Assembly (NCBI GenBank): GCA_043747615.1
Contig: JAYTOU010000017.1
Span: forward strand, 32,001 to 96,000
Direction of reading: 5' to 3'
Source of the DNA: Myxococcales bacterium
GTDB taxonomy: Bacteria > Myxococcota_A > Polyangia > Polyangiales > Polyangiaceae
DNA: 64,000 nt
The position numbers were made by a program, and so were the translations under genes. This document shows positions 1 through 9,018 of this stretch, piece by piece (position 1 is the first letter of the stretch; every line of letters starts with the position of its first letter). The notes below the pieces were generated by a model, which ran no database searches, was not told the origin of the DNA, and saw nothing but the letters and a program-made list of their open reading frames with translations.

Positions 1-24
1 CCTAAAGCAGGTAAACCACCCGCG

Positions 25-834
25 CTACCGCGCTAGAAGCCAGAGGACGACGACGCCAAGAACGATGCGGTAGTAGCCAAACGGCTCGAGGCCCCGCCTC
101 TGGAGGTAGCGAATGAAGATCGCAATCACTCCCCAGGCCACGAAGAAGGAAACGACCAGGCCGATCGCAAGATTGAGCAGACCCTCGGAAGCCGCGAGGA
201 CGTGGCGCGCTTTGAGGCCTTCGTAGAGGGTCGCCGCGCCGAGCGTGGGGAGCGCCAGCAAGAAAGAAAATTCCGCGGAGGTGGCGGTGGACAACCCGGC
301 GAACTGACCGGCCACGATGGTGCACATCGAACGCGACGAGCCGGGCCACAGGGAGAAGCACTGTCCGACGCCAATGATGAGCGCCCGCTTCGGAGTGACA
401 TGCTCCAAGCCGTCGAGGCCTTTGATACCAAGCGCGCGACGACGCCGCTCGACGATGATCATGACCAACCCCCCAACGATGAGCGCGAGGGCGATCGGCA
501 ACGGAAAAAAGAGGTGGGCCTTCACGATCTTTCGGAAGAGGAGGCCGGCCACCGCCGTGGGTAAGAACGCGCACACGAGCGCGATGAGAAGGTTCTTTGC
601 CTCTGGTTTGCCCGTAAGAAACCCTGCGGCACGTTCGAGGAGGAGTCGACGGTAGTGGACGACGACGGCGAGCACGGCGCCAAGCTGGATGATGATCTCG
701 AACGAGCTCGCGCCTTCGCCTTTCAGACCGAGCAGATGCCCCGCAAGAATCAGATGGCCGGTGGACGAGACGGGAAGGTATTCGGTGAGCCCTTCGAGAA
801 CGCCGAGCAGGAATGCGATGAACGGGGTGAGCAT
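25..834 (-). CDS. uppP: Undecaprenyl-diphosphate phosphatase (BacA/UppP)
   Basis: Motifs GVLEGLTEYLPVSSTGH and PGSSRS; multi-TM protein; ATG at 834 (MLTPFIAF) chosen over the upstream ORF start. Confidence 0.95.
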   Translation of the reverse strand: MLTPFIAFLLGVLEGLTEYLPVSSTGHLILAGHLLGLKGEGASSFEIIIQLGAVLAVVVHYRRLLLERAAGFLTGKPEAKNLLIALVCAFLPTAVAGLLFRKIVKAHLFFPLPIALALIVGGLVMIIVERRRRALGIKGLDGLEHVTPKRALIIGVGQCFSLWPGSSRSMCTIVAGQFAGLSTATSAEFSFLLALPTLGAATLYEGLKARHVLAASEGLLNLAIGLVVSFFVAWGVIAIFIRYLQRRGLEPFGYYRIVLGVVVLWLLAR

Positions 835-872
835 TGGCCGGCTGCATTTAGCACGGGTAGACTGGGCGAAGC

Positions 873-1604
873 ATGACCGCACCGACAACGAGCGATCGCA
901 TTCTCTTGATCGACGATGAACCCGACTTGCAGCGCTTGGTCGTCTTCAATCTGAAGGAGGCAGGGTTCGACGCCCATGCCGTGGGGACGGGCACCGAGGG
1001 AATCGCGTCGGCCCTGAAAAATAGGCCTGCAGTGGTGATCCTCGATCTCATGCTTCCGGATATCCCGGGCGCCGAGGTGTGCCGGAGAATGCGCCTCGAT
1101 CCATCGCTGGCCGACGTTCCGATCATGATGCTCACCGCACGCGGCGACGAATACGATCGGGTGCTGGGGTTCGAGGTCGGTGCGGACGACTACGTGGTGA
1201 AGCCCTTCAGCGTGCGCGAGCTCGTGCTGCGCGTGCGGGCGGTGGTGCGGCGCGCGAAGGAGCGGCAGGCGGCGCGGACCTCCCCCGCGGTGGACACGGC
1301 GAAGCGGCTCGCGTGGCGCGGGCTCGAGGTCGATCTCATTCATCACCGGGTGTACGCCGACGGCGCGGAGCTCGCGCTTCGTCCGCTGGAGTTCAAGCTC
1401 ATCGCCGTCCTCCTCGAAGCTCCCGGCCGCGTATTTACGCGCGCTCAGCTCCTCGAAGAGGTGTGGGGGACGACGGGGGACGTGCACACCCGAACCGTCG
1501 ACACCCATGTCCGGCGATTGCGGGAGAAGCTCGGCACCTACGGGGAAGCCGTAGAAACGGTGCACTGCGTGGGCTACCGCTTGCGCGATGAAGACGACGC
1601 ATGA
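873..1604 (+). CDS. phoB: OmpR/PhoB-family response regulator, PhoB-like
   Basis: Receiver domain (LIDDE, ILDLMLP, MLTARG, KPF) plus winged helix RTVDTHVRRLREKLG; overlaps the start of a PhoR-like kinase. Confidence 0.85.
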   Translation: MTAPTTSDRILLIDDEPDLQRLVVFNLKEAGFDAHAVGTGTEGIASALKNRPAVVILDLMLPDIPGAEVCRRMRLDPSLADVPIMMLTARGDEYDRVLGFEVGADDYVVKPFSVRELVLRVRAVVRRAKERQAARTSPAVDTAKRLAWRGLEVDLIHHRVYADGAELALRPLEFKLIAVLLEAPGRVFTRAQLLEEVWGTTGDVHTRTVDTHVRRLREKLGTYGEAVETVHCVGYRLRDEDDA

Positions 1605-3343
1605 CCGTCACCTTCCGCGAGAAGCTGCTGGCCAGTCACGTAGCGCTCGTCATCGCCGTCGTCTCCATCGTCATCTTCCAGCTGGATCGCACACTGAGCT
1701 CCGACCTCATCAGGCAGCTCGACCAGCGTCTCGAGCAGCAAGCCCGTGGGGCGGCGCAGTGGGGCGCGAGTGACGGCCGACGTCACCCCGAGAAGATCGC
1801 CGCGCGACTCGCGTTGGTGCTCGACGCGGACGTGAGCCTCTTCGATCAGACCGGAAAGATGGTCGGCGCCTCGACGGCGCAAAAAGACGGACCAGCGATG
1901 GAGGAGAGCGGGCCGGAGGTGGCTTCAGCGCTGCGCGGCGAGATCGGACGCGCATCGCGGATCCCGGCTGGAATGGGAGACGAGATGCATTTCGTGGCCG
2001 TCCCTGCAGCCGATGGCTGGGTGGTGCGCATCGCCGTTCCTCTGTCGGACATCAACGCCACGCTCCGTTCGATCCGTGCACGCCTTCTCCTGGCTGCGGC
2101 CGTGGCGGTGGTCGCAGCTCTCATGCTTGGTCTCTTGGCGTCACGGGTCGCAGCGAGTCCGCTTCGAGCGATGACGGTCTCCGCGACGCGCATCGCGGAG
2201 GGCGATTTCGACATCGATGTTTCGTCGACCACGCCCGACGAGTTCGGAATCCTCTCGCGCTCGCTCTCGTCCCTCGCGTCACAGCTGAAGGCGCGCCTCG
2301 GGGAGCTCACGGCCGAGCGCGATCGCCTATCGGCGATCCTGGCGGGGATGGTCGAAGGCGTGCTGGTGATCGACCCGACCGGCGAGGTGATCTTGGCGAA
2401 CCCTGCCGCGGCAACGATTCTCGACGTCGCTCCGCCGCTTCCGGGAAAGCGCGTCGATGCCATTTGCGACGAGAAAACAGCCCGTTTTCTGGCTAGCACT
2501 CTCGCTGGTCGAGAGACGCGGGAGACCGAAGTAGAAACCAGTGACGAGCGCTTCGTCGCCATCTTCGTTCGCCCTCTCGAAGAGCGCGCGGGCGGCGGTG
2601 TCGTCTCCGTGCTCCGCGACATGACCCCCATTCGGCGCGTCCTGGCGATGAAGCGCGAGTTCATGGCGAACGCCTCGCACGAGCTTCGCACACCGGTGAC
2701 CGCCATCCAGGGCTATGCCGAGACCCTTCTGCGCGGCACGGCAGACGAGGCTACCGCTCGGCAGTTCATCGAGATCATCGAGCGTCACGCGAAGCGCCTT
2801 GCTGGGCTCGTCGACGACGTGCTCAAGCTCTCGGAGCTCGAGGATCGACCGCCCGAGCACGCCGTGAAGGAGTGCGTAGACGTAGAAAGTGTGACGACGC
2901 TGGTGGTCGAGACCATTCACACCCGCGCTGCGAGCGCGAGCATCCACGTGAACGTGAACGTGCCCCCGGGGCTTGAAATTACGGGGGATCCGCTTGGTCT
3001 CGAGCAGGTGCTCGAGAACCTCGTCGACAACGCCGTGAAGTACGGAAAGAGCGGCGGCGCGGTGCACGTGTCGGGGCGGCGCGATGCCGACCGAGTGGTG
3101 CTGACCGTGGCGGACGACGGCCTCGGGATCGAGTCGCCCCATCTGTCGCGCCTGTTCGAACGCTTCTACCGCGTGGATCCCAGTCGCTCACGCGAGCGGG
3201 GCGGCACCGGTCTCGGGCTCGCCATCGTCAAACAACTCGTACAATCCATGAGTGGCTCGATCGACGTCACGAGCGAGTTCGGGAAGGGCACCATCTTCAC
3301 GATGGTGTTCCCCGCTGCGCACGGTGAAGATCGTTCGAGGTGA
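1601..3343 (+). CDS. phoR: PhoR-like sensor histidine kinase (2 TM, HAMP, PAS, HisKA, HATPase)
   Basis: H-box FMANASHELRTP, N-box NLVDNAVKY, RLFERFYRVDPSRSRERGGTGLGL typical of the PhoR clade; ATGA overlap with the regulator. Confidence 0.85.
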   Translation: MTVTFREKLLASHVALVIAVVSIVIFQLDRTLSSDLIRQLDQRLEQQARGAAQWGASDGRRHPEKIAARLALVLDADVSLFDQTGKMVGASTAQKDGPAMEESGPEVASALRGEIGRASRIPAGMGDEMHFVAVPAADGWVVRIAVPLSDINATLRSIRARLLLAAAVAVVAALMLGLLASRVAASPLRAMTVSATRIAEGDFDIDVSSTTPDEFGILSRSLSSLASQLKARLGELTAERDRLSAILAGMVEGVLVIDPTGEVILANPAAATILDVAPPLPGKRVDAICDEKTARFLASTLAGRETRETEVETSDERFVAIFVRPLEERAGGGVVSVLRDMTPIRRVLAMKREFMANASHELRTPVTAIQGYAETLLRGTADEATARQFIEIIERHAKRLAGLVDDVLKLSELEDRPPEHAVKECVDVESVTTLVVETIHTRAASASIHVNVNVPPGLEITGDPLGLEQVLENLVDNAVKYGKSGGAVHVSGRRDADRVVLTVADDGLGIESPHLSRLFERFYRVDPSRSRERGGTGLGLAIVKQLVQSMSGSIDVTSEFGKGTIFTMVFPAAHGEDRSR

Positions 3344-3352
3344 GCGACGCCC

Positions 3353-4462
3353 TCAGTTGATTGGGTAGATGCGGATGGCGTTCGCCGTCCCCGCCGGATC
3401 GTGCTCGGCGACGAAGAGTCGTTTGTGTGCCCCGTCGTAGGCGACTCCGCGCACTCCGAGGAGGCCGGTGATGATAGAGGTCGCCACACCGGCGCGGTCG
3501 ATCTGGAAGACCGTGCCGCTGCTGTTTCCGGTGAAGAGCGTGCCATCCGGGCCCTGCGCGATCAGATTGGGACTTGCTACGTTGGAGAACAAGGTGATGA
3601 TCGGGCCGGCGTCGGCCACCGCGGCATCTCCTGCATCGCCTGCGTCTCCGCCGTCGCCCGCATCCCCTGCGTCGGGGTCGATGGGGGCGGCATCGGGGGG
3701 ATACGTGCCACCGGTAAGTCCCGACTGAAGGACTCCAAAGTTCTGATCCGAGACGTAAATCTTGCGCTCGTTGTAAACGACGCCGATCGGCTTGGACAAT
3801 CCAAGGGCCAGATCGGTTTCTTTCCCGCCTCCGTCGGGGGTGAGTGACAGCTTGGCGAGGGCGCCTTGCACTCCGCCGTCGACCTTCTTGAAATAGGTGT
3901 CGACGAGAGTGCCGTCCGCGAGAATGGCAAGGCCGATGCGGCGCCTGTTGACCGCGAGGTTCCCGAGTGAGCCGGCGTCGCCGCTGGGGTCGACGACGAA
4001 AACGGTGCCCGCTGTTCCGTACCCAAAGTTCGTGACGTACATCGTGCCGTCGAAGAGACGAATGACCTGACCAAGCGTAGGTCCGCCGTCACCCGGATCA
4101 GGGAGATCCCACGTTTTGCCGTACCCGCTCTTGTCCGTCCACTTGACGATCTTGTTGTTTGCGCTGTCTGCGATGTAGAGCGCGGCGCCAACGCCGTAGT
4201 CCCAGAAGAGCCCATTCGGGTCGCCGGCGAAGGCGATCGTCGTTGGCCCACGATCGACGGTGCCGGAGTCGCTTCCGGTGTCCGAGACCGCGTCCGTGCC
4301 GGTGTCGACGCCAGTGGAGGAATCGGTCGATCCGTCGACGGCGGTTGCGTCCGCACCACCGTCGGCAACCGGTTCCGTGGTGTCATCTCCGCCGCACGCG
4401 ACGATGCATGCGCAGCCGACTCCCAAGGCCATCGTACCGAGTGCGAAACGACGGGGCTTCAT
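3353..4462 (-). CDS. Lipoprotein with NHL/SMP-30-like beta-propeller and DAG-rich linkers
   Basis: Signal peptide with lipobox IVAC; repeated propeller-type blades (PNGLFWD/LYIADS, PIGVVY/IYVSD, VRGVAYD/LFVAE). Confidence 0.7.
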   Translation of the reverse strand: MKPRRFALGTMALGVGCACIVACGGDDTTEPVADGGADATAVDGSTDSSTGVDTGTDAVSDTGSDSGTVDRGPTTIAFAGDPNGLFWDYGVGAALYIADSANNKIVKWTDKSGYGKTWDLPDPGDGGPTLGQVIRLFDGTMYVTNFGYGTAGTVFVVDPSGDAGSLGNLAVNRRRIGLAILADGTLVDTYFKKVDGGVQGALAKLSLTPDGGGKETDLALGLSKPIGVVYNERKIYVSDQNFGVLQSGLTGGTYPPDAAPIDPDAGDAGDGGDAGDAGDAAVADAGPIITLFSNVASPNLIAQGPDGTLFTGNSSGTVFQIDRAGVATSIITGLLGVRGVAYDGAHKRLFVAEHDPAGTANAIRIYPIN

Positions 4463-4517
4463 AATCATATTTCGTTTATCGCACGCGGTGCTCAGTCCGA
4501 ATCGCATCATTCCTCTG

Positions 4518-4535
4518 GTTTACAAAAGTGTCACA
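4518..4535 (+). promoter_or_regulatory. Pho-box-like direct repeat
   Basis: GTTTACA-AAAG-TGTCACA, 11-bp period with A-rich spacer, in the divergent intergenic region upstream of the PstS-like gene. Confidence 0.55.
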
Positions 4536-4579
4536 AGGTCGCCGTGCAGCCCGTGGCAGACTCGCCGTCGGAGGCACGC

Positions 4580-5800
4580 ATGTCGCGCTTTGGTAAATCG
4601 GATGTCTTGACGAAGGGGCTCGCTCTCGGCGCTCTCATCCTGATGGAGCGGTCGGCGAACGCGACGCTCTGCAGCACGCTTCCCAATCCCCTGGTCATCG
4701 AGTCGGGCGACACGCAGGAGCCGATGCTGAAGACGCTCGGCAAGAAGCTGCGCGATTCGGCCACACCGATGACCGTGATTTACCGTACGACGGGCACGTG
4801 CGCTCTGATCGGCGACATCTACCATGCGCCTCTCCCGAACCGGATCCCGACCGCGGCCGTCATGCTCTACACGCCATCGAGCGTCGAAGATCCCACGTGG
4901 ACTCCGTCGAAGGCTTCGGCGTCGTGCACGGTCGACGACGCCAGCGGCCTGAGCATCGATATCGCCATCGCCGCCACCTTCGTATCGAGCTGCACGACGG
5001 CCCCGCCCCCCACGGGCTTTGGACTCATCAGCGGCCCGATTCAGGGCTACACATTCATCGTTCCGAAGGCGAGTACGCAAACGGCTCTCATCGCTGAGGA
5101 AGGGTATTTCGCATTTGGGTTTGGCTCGGCGGGAATGATCCAGCCGTGGACCGACACGCACTACCTCTTCACGAGGACTCCGACCAAGAGCACGGCGCTC
5201 ACCCTTTCGGCGGCCATCGGCCTTCCGGTCGGCAAGCTCCTCGGCGTTGCGTTCGACAAGTCGACCGAGGTGCTCAACGCCGTCGCGACCTCACCGGATC
5301 CCGAGAAAACCATTGGTTTGATGGGATCAGAAATCTACGACAACAACCGCGGAAAGGTCAGCGTCCTTCCGTTCCAGGCCTTCAAGCAACGCCACGCGTA
5401 CTTTCCGGATTCGAGCGCGACGGTGTTCGACAAGCGGAACCTGCGCGACGGGCACTACGTCCCTTGGGCACCGACCGTGTACTTGACGGCCGTCGACGGG
5501 ACCAACACACCCACGTTGCCGAATGCCAAACAGTTCATCGAGCTGGTGCTCGGCAAGACCACGCTCCCCGACGTCGATGGCCTTGCGGCGATCATTTCGC
5601 GGGGTCTGATTCCGGACTGCGCTATGAAGGTTACCCGTGCGTTCGACGGCGGAGATCTCTCGCTCTACTCGCCGGTGGCACCGTGCGGTTGTTACTACGA
5701 GAGCAAAGTGCCAGGAGGGGCCACGAGCTGCACGGCCTGCACCGATGACACCCCATGCGGCGGCGGCAAGTGTCGCTACAACTTCTGCGAGGCGAAATAG
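4580..5800 (+). CDS. Exported Cys-rich protein with a divergent PstS/PBP-like substrate-binding fold
   Basis: GGAGG SD and signal peptide; SGDTQEPMLKTLG, VIYRTTGTC and NLRDGHYVPWAP resemble the PstS-family GST..P, Y...GSG and G.YP(I/L) segments; Cys-rich C-terminal tail. Confidence 0.6.
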   Translation: MSRFGKSDVLTKGLALGALILMERSANATLCSTLPNPLVIESGDTQEPMLKTLGKKLRDSATPMTVIYRTTGTCALIGDIYHAPLPNRIPTAAVMLYTPSSVEDPTWTPSKASASCTVDDASGLSIDIAIAATFVSSCTTAPPPTGFGLISGPIQGYTFIVPKASTQTALIAEEGYFAFGFGSAGMIQPWTDTHYLFTRTPTKSTALTLSAAIGLPVGKLLGVAFDKSTEVLNAVATSPDPEKTIGLMGSEIYDNNRGKVSVLPFQAFKQRHAYFPDSSATVFDKRNLRDGHYVPWAPTVYLTAVDGTNTPTLPNAKQFIELVLGKTTLPDVDGLAAIISRGLIPDCAMKVTRAFDGGDLSLYSPVAPCGCYYESKVPGGATSCTACTDDTPCGGGKCRYNFCEAK

Positions 5801-5802
5801 CC

Positions 5803-6108
5803 ATGAAATCGCCTGTCCTCAGCGTCTTCGCATTCTTCGCGCTCTTCTCCTCTGTCGCCGCATACGTGGGTTGCTCGACCGACGATGCCGTCCACGAGCC
5901 CGCGCCTGCAGACGCAGGCAAAGCCGATACTGGCGCGACCACCGACGACGGATCCACCGGCGACGGCGGGATCGTGCCGGACAACTGCTTCATGAATCCG
6001 ACGACTCACTTCGAGATCATCAACGCGTGCACCGACGCTGCGCGGGTGGACAAGAAGCCGCCGCTGCCGCTTCTTTTGGCAGACGGTGGGCTGCCGCCGC
6101 CTCCGTGA
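5803..6108 (+). CDS. Small lipoprotein of unknown function
   Basis: Signal peptide ending YVGC; DAG-type linker; C-terminal CFMNPTTHFEIINACT disulfide-like motif; starts 2 nt after the upstream stop. Confidence 0.75.
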   Translation: MKSPVLSVFAFFALFSSVAAYVGCSTDDAVHEPAPADAGKADTGATTDDGSTGDGGIVPDNCFMNPTTHFEIINACTDAARVDKKPPLPLLLADGGLPPPP

Positions 6109-6129
6109 AGTTGGCAATCAAACGTATGA

Positions 6130-6147
6130 TGTAACAATCCTGTGCAC
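6130..6147 (+). promoter_or_regulatory. Pho-box-like direct repeat
   Basis: TGTAACA-ATCC-TGTGCAC, 11-bp period, intergenic. Confidence 0.45.
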
Positions 6148-6176
6148 GCCGACTTCCGCGGTGACGCCAGCACGCG

Positions 6177-6193
6177 TTGGCGCAAGTTTCGCA
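6177..6193 (+). promoter_or_regulatory. Putative sigma54 -24/-12 promoter
   Basis: TTGGCGCAAGTTTCGCA (GG-N10-GC) upstream of ATG 6218. Confidence 0.45.
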
Positions 6194-6217
6194 ACACCGC
6201 CGAGAGAGAGGTTGACC

Positions 6218-6628
6218 ATGCATAGCCAATTTACGTTCGTACGGAATGCCACTTTCGCAATGATGGCTACTGCTCTTGCGGTTGCCGCGTGCAGTGGCTC
6301 GACGACGACGGACACCGGACCCGCGACTGACTCAGGAGCCGGCAGTGGTGATGGTAGCGCCATGGCCGAAGGGTCCACGGGAAGCGACAGCGGCACCGGT
6401 ACGGAGACCGGGAGCGGTACCGACTCCGCGGCAGACACCGGCGGCGGCACCAACAAGCCGTTCGGTGACCCTTGCACGGCGAACGGTAACTGCGCGAGCA
6501 ACGTCTGCTTCATGGGAGGAATGGGATCCTACTGCTCAATGCACTGCACGAGCCCGACCCAAGCCACCGATTGCCCCAGCCCGCCAACGTCCGGCATGTG
6601 CAACGGCATGCACTTCTGCAAGAAGTAG
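6218..6628 (+). CDS. Cys-rich lipoprotein
   Basis: Purine-rich SD (GAGAGG); lipobox VAAC; Ser/Gly/Thr linker; C-terminal domain with 8 Cys. Confidence 0.8.
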   Translation: MHSQFTFVRNATFAMMATALAVAACSGSTTTDTGPATDSGAGSGDGSAMAEGSTGSDSGTGTETGSGTDSAADTGGGTNKPFGDPCTANGNCASNVCFMGGMGSYCSMHCTSPTQATDCPSPPTSGMCNGMHFCKK

Positions 6629-6751
6629 CGTTCAGTTGCAGGAATCCTCGGAGGTGAGCACCGAGTGATCCGCCAATGCCACCTCGGTCCCCCAGGGCGC
6701 CGCCGAAAAGGGGACCCGCACCTCGGTCGCCCGCGTGAACGATGGGAGAAT

Positions 6752-6769
6752 TGAAACAGAATTGTGACA
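6752..6769. promoter_or_regulatory. Pho-box-like direct repeat
   Basis: TGAAACA-GAAT-TGTGACA; the minus strand reads TGTCACAATTCTGTTTCA, close to the CTGTCAT-A(A/T)A(T/A)-CTGTCA Pho consensus; upstream of the porin operon. Confidence 0.55.
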
Positions 6770-6837
6770 AGCAAAAGCGCGATCTCGTGATGGTTGGATG
6801 GCGCCGCTCGGCGCATTCGCCCTGATAGGCTCGCGGC

Positions 6838-8133
6838 GTGCGACCGTCTTCGTTTGCATCGGGTTTCATCGCGGTTCTCGCGATCGCGAGCCGTGCCCGC
6901 GCCGCCGATCCTCCGACCGGACCGCCCGCGCCGATCGCGTCGGCCGAGACGAAAGAGAACAGCCTCCTCAAGACCGTCAAGCTCTCCGGGTACGTCCAAG
7001 CCGACTGGGTGCTGATGCGGCAGTCGTCGCAGGACGAGGTGAACAACGCGAACGGCGATCCGCTGAACGAGAATCGTTTCGTCCTTCGCCGTGGTCACCT
7101 CCGCGCCGAGGTCGACCAGGGCTACGTGCTTGGCTCGCTCGAGATCGACGCCAACACCGTTCGGGGTCCTACGCTGCGCCCGATCGATGCGGAGGTGTCG
7201 TTTCGCTACCCCGCCAAACCAGTGGACGGCGAGCCGTACATCATGGCCACGCTCGGCCTCTTCAAGACACCGTTCGGTTTCGAAGTGCTCGAGGCGGACA
7301 ACCGCCGCCCGTTCCTCGAGCGAAGCACCGTGATCCGCGCTTTTTTCCCTGGTGAGTACGATCTCGGCGCGCGCATCAAGGGCGGCTGGCGCTTCGTCGA
7401 TTACGCGCTCGGGCTCATGAACGGCAATCCGATCGGTGAGCGCTCGTTCCCCGCGCGCGATCCAAACAAGAGCAAAGATCTCGTCGTTCGCGTGGGCAGC
7501 CACGCCGACGTTGCGAAGGGAGTGCGCGTCCTCGGAGGCTTCTCGGGCGTCACCGGCAGCGGCTTTCACAGAGGCACGCCGAGCACGAAAGACGTCCTCG
7601 TGTGGCGCGACACGAATGAAGACGGGATTGTTCAGCCCGACGAGGTCACCGTCATCCCTGGTACCGCGGCGAGCGCGTCGGAGACTTTCCACCGCTTCGC
7701 ACTCGGCGCCGATCTCCGCGTGGTGGCAGACATTCCGGTTCTCGGCGAGCTCGTCCTGCGCGGAGAGATCGTGCGAGGCAGCAATATCGATCGCGGAGTC
7801 ATGCCCGCCGATCCCGTTTCCACCGGGCGGAATCTACGCGAATTTGGCTGGTATGCGGGCTTCACCCAGGAGATCACGCGCTACGGGATGATCGGCGTTC
7901 GCTACGATCGCTACGACCCCGATGCCGATGCGCAGAACCAGCTCGGCGTGAAAGTCGTCCCGGCGACGAGCGCTTTTTCGACGTGGGCCTTCATGGGGGC
8001 GCTCCGTTACGGCGGCGGCCGGTTCATCGCCGAGTACGACCGCAACACCAACGCGCTCGGGCGCGACACGAACGGCGCCCCCGTCAATCTGAAGGACGAC
8101 GCCTTTACCCTTCGCGCCGAGATGAGCTTCTGA
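6838..8133 (+). CDS. Outer-membrane porin, phosphate-selective OprO/OprP-like
   Basis: Signal peptide; KLSGYVQAD, FVLRRGHL, GLFKTPFGFE, PFLERS segments typical of the porin O/P family; terminal Phe; GTG start. Confidence 0.7.
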   Translation: MRPSSFASGFIAVLAIASRARAADPPTGPPAPIASAETKENSLLKTVKLSGYVQADWVLMRQSSQDEVNNANGDPLNENRFVLRRGHLRAEVDQGYVLGSLEIDANTVRGPTLRPIDAEVSFRYPAKPVDGEPYIMATLGLFKTPFGFEVLEADNRRPFLERSTVIRAFFPGEYDLGARIKGGWRFVDYALGLMNGNPIGERSFPARDPNKSKDLVVRVGSHADVAKGVRVLGGFSGVTGSGFHRGTPSTKDVLVWRDTNEDGIVQPDEVTVIPGTAASASETFHRFALGADLRVVADIPVLGELVLRGEIVRGSNIDRGVMPADPVSTGRNLREFGWYAGFTQEITRYGMIGVRYDRYDPDADAQNQLGVKVVPATSAFSTWAFMGALRYGGGRFIAEYDRNTNALGRDTNGAPVNLKDDAFTLRAEMSF

Positions 8134-9017
8134 TGCGCGCGTTTTCACTCGTCTGCGTCGTGCTGGTCATCTCCTCGTGCGATGGATCCACCTCCGACCC
8201 TGGTCTTCGCGCTGCTCTTCGCGCCGAGGGAGCACAGTTTTTCCCAGGGGCGATGCCGGCAGAAGCCGGTGGCCCGAAGGTGGCGGCGGTCAACCTGGTC
8301 ACCACCTCGCTGCGCGCCGGATCGGTCGGTAAATCGTGCTCCGGAGCGCTCGAAGCAGAGGCCACATCGGCGGCTATTGCACTGGCCGGTGACGACGGTT
8401 ACTGGGTGGTGACCGCGTCGGTGCCCGACGTTCAGACACCGGGGCTCCCGTCGTTTCATACGAGGCTCTCCTTCTCTTCGTCACTCTCCCCGGGCTCGCA
8501 TGATCTCGTGGTGCGCGCCGTGGACATCAACGGGCGCTTCGGTCCGGCGAACCTGCAGCCGCTCACGGCGGTGGACACGACCCCTCAAGGCCGGCTGGTG
8601 GTCTCACTCACGTGGGACAGCGAGAGCGATCTCGATCTGCGGGTCGTCGATCCCAACGGCGCTGAAGTCTGGAAACGAAACATCAACTCCTTCGGCCCGC
8701 CCGCCCCCGGTCAGCCTCCGGGCTCCGACGCCTGGAAGAACGGAGGGATCCTGGATTTCGATTCCAATGCCGCGTGCGTGATCGACGGGCGCCGCAGGGA
8801 GAACGTGGTCTGGAAGACGACTGCGCCGTCCGGGCATTACGTCGTGCGCGTCGACACCTTCTCTCTGTGCAGCGAGGTGTCCGCGAACTGGAAGCTCGAA
8901 GCGTTCCTCTCGGGTGCATCGCTCGGCCGCTCCGAAGGCTCGAGCTTCGACTCCGATACGCGCCTTCCTCACGATCGCGGCGCGGGGCTGCTCGCCCTCG
9001 AGTTCGACGTCCCCTGA
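8133..9017 (+). CDS. Lipoprotein with YfaP/DUF2135-like domain
   Basis: Lipobox ISSC; LVVSLTWDSESDLDLRVVDP and RENVVW...GHYVVRV motifs; TGATG overlap with the porin. Confidence 0.7.
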   Translation: MRAFSLVCVVLVISSCDGSTSDPGLRAALRAEGAQFFPGAMPAEAGGPKVAAVNLVTTSLRAGSVGKSCSGALEAEATSAAIALAGDDGYWVVTASVPDVQTPGLPSFHTRLSFSSSLSPGSHDLVVRAVDINGRFGPANLQPLTAVDTTPQGRLVVSLTWDSESDLDLRVVDPNGAEVWKRNINSFGPPAPGQPPGSDAWKNGGILDFDSNAACVIDGRRRENVVWKTTAPSGHYVVRVDTFSLCSEVSANWKLEAFLSGASLGRSEGSSFDSDTRLPHDRGAGLLALEFDVP

Positions 9018-9018
9018 C

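Noticed and set aside
3600..3700. DAGDAGDGGDAG repeat inside the beta-propeller
   Set aside because: Low-complexity DAG linkers recur in several lipoproteins here; no evidence for a distinct element.
6640..6735. Structured intergenic element (CACCTCGGTC twice, GGTCCCC/GGGGACC stem) as a riboswitch
   Set aside because: It lacks the conserved c-di-GMP-I or other riboswitch cores I can recognise; an Rfam/Infernal search would be needed.
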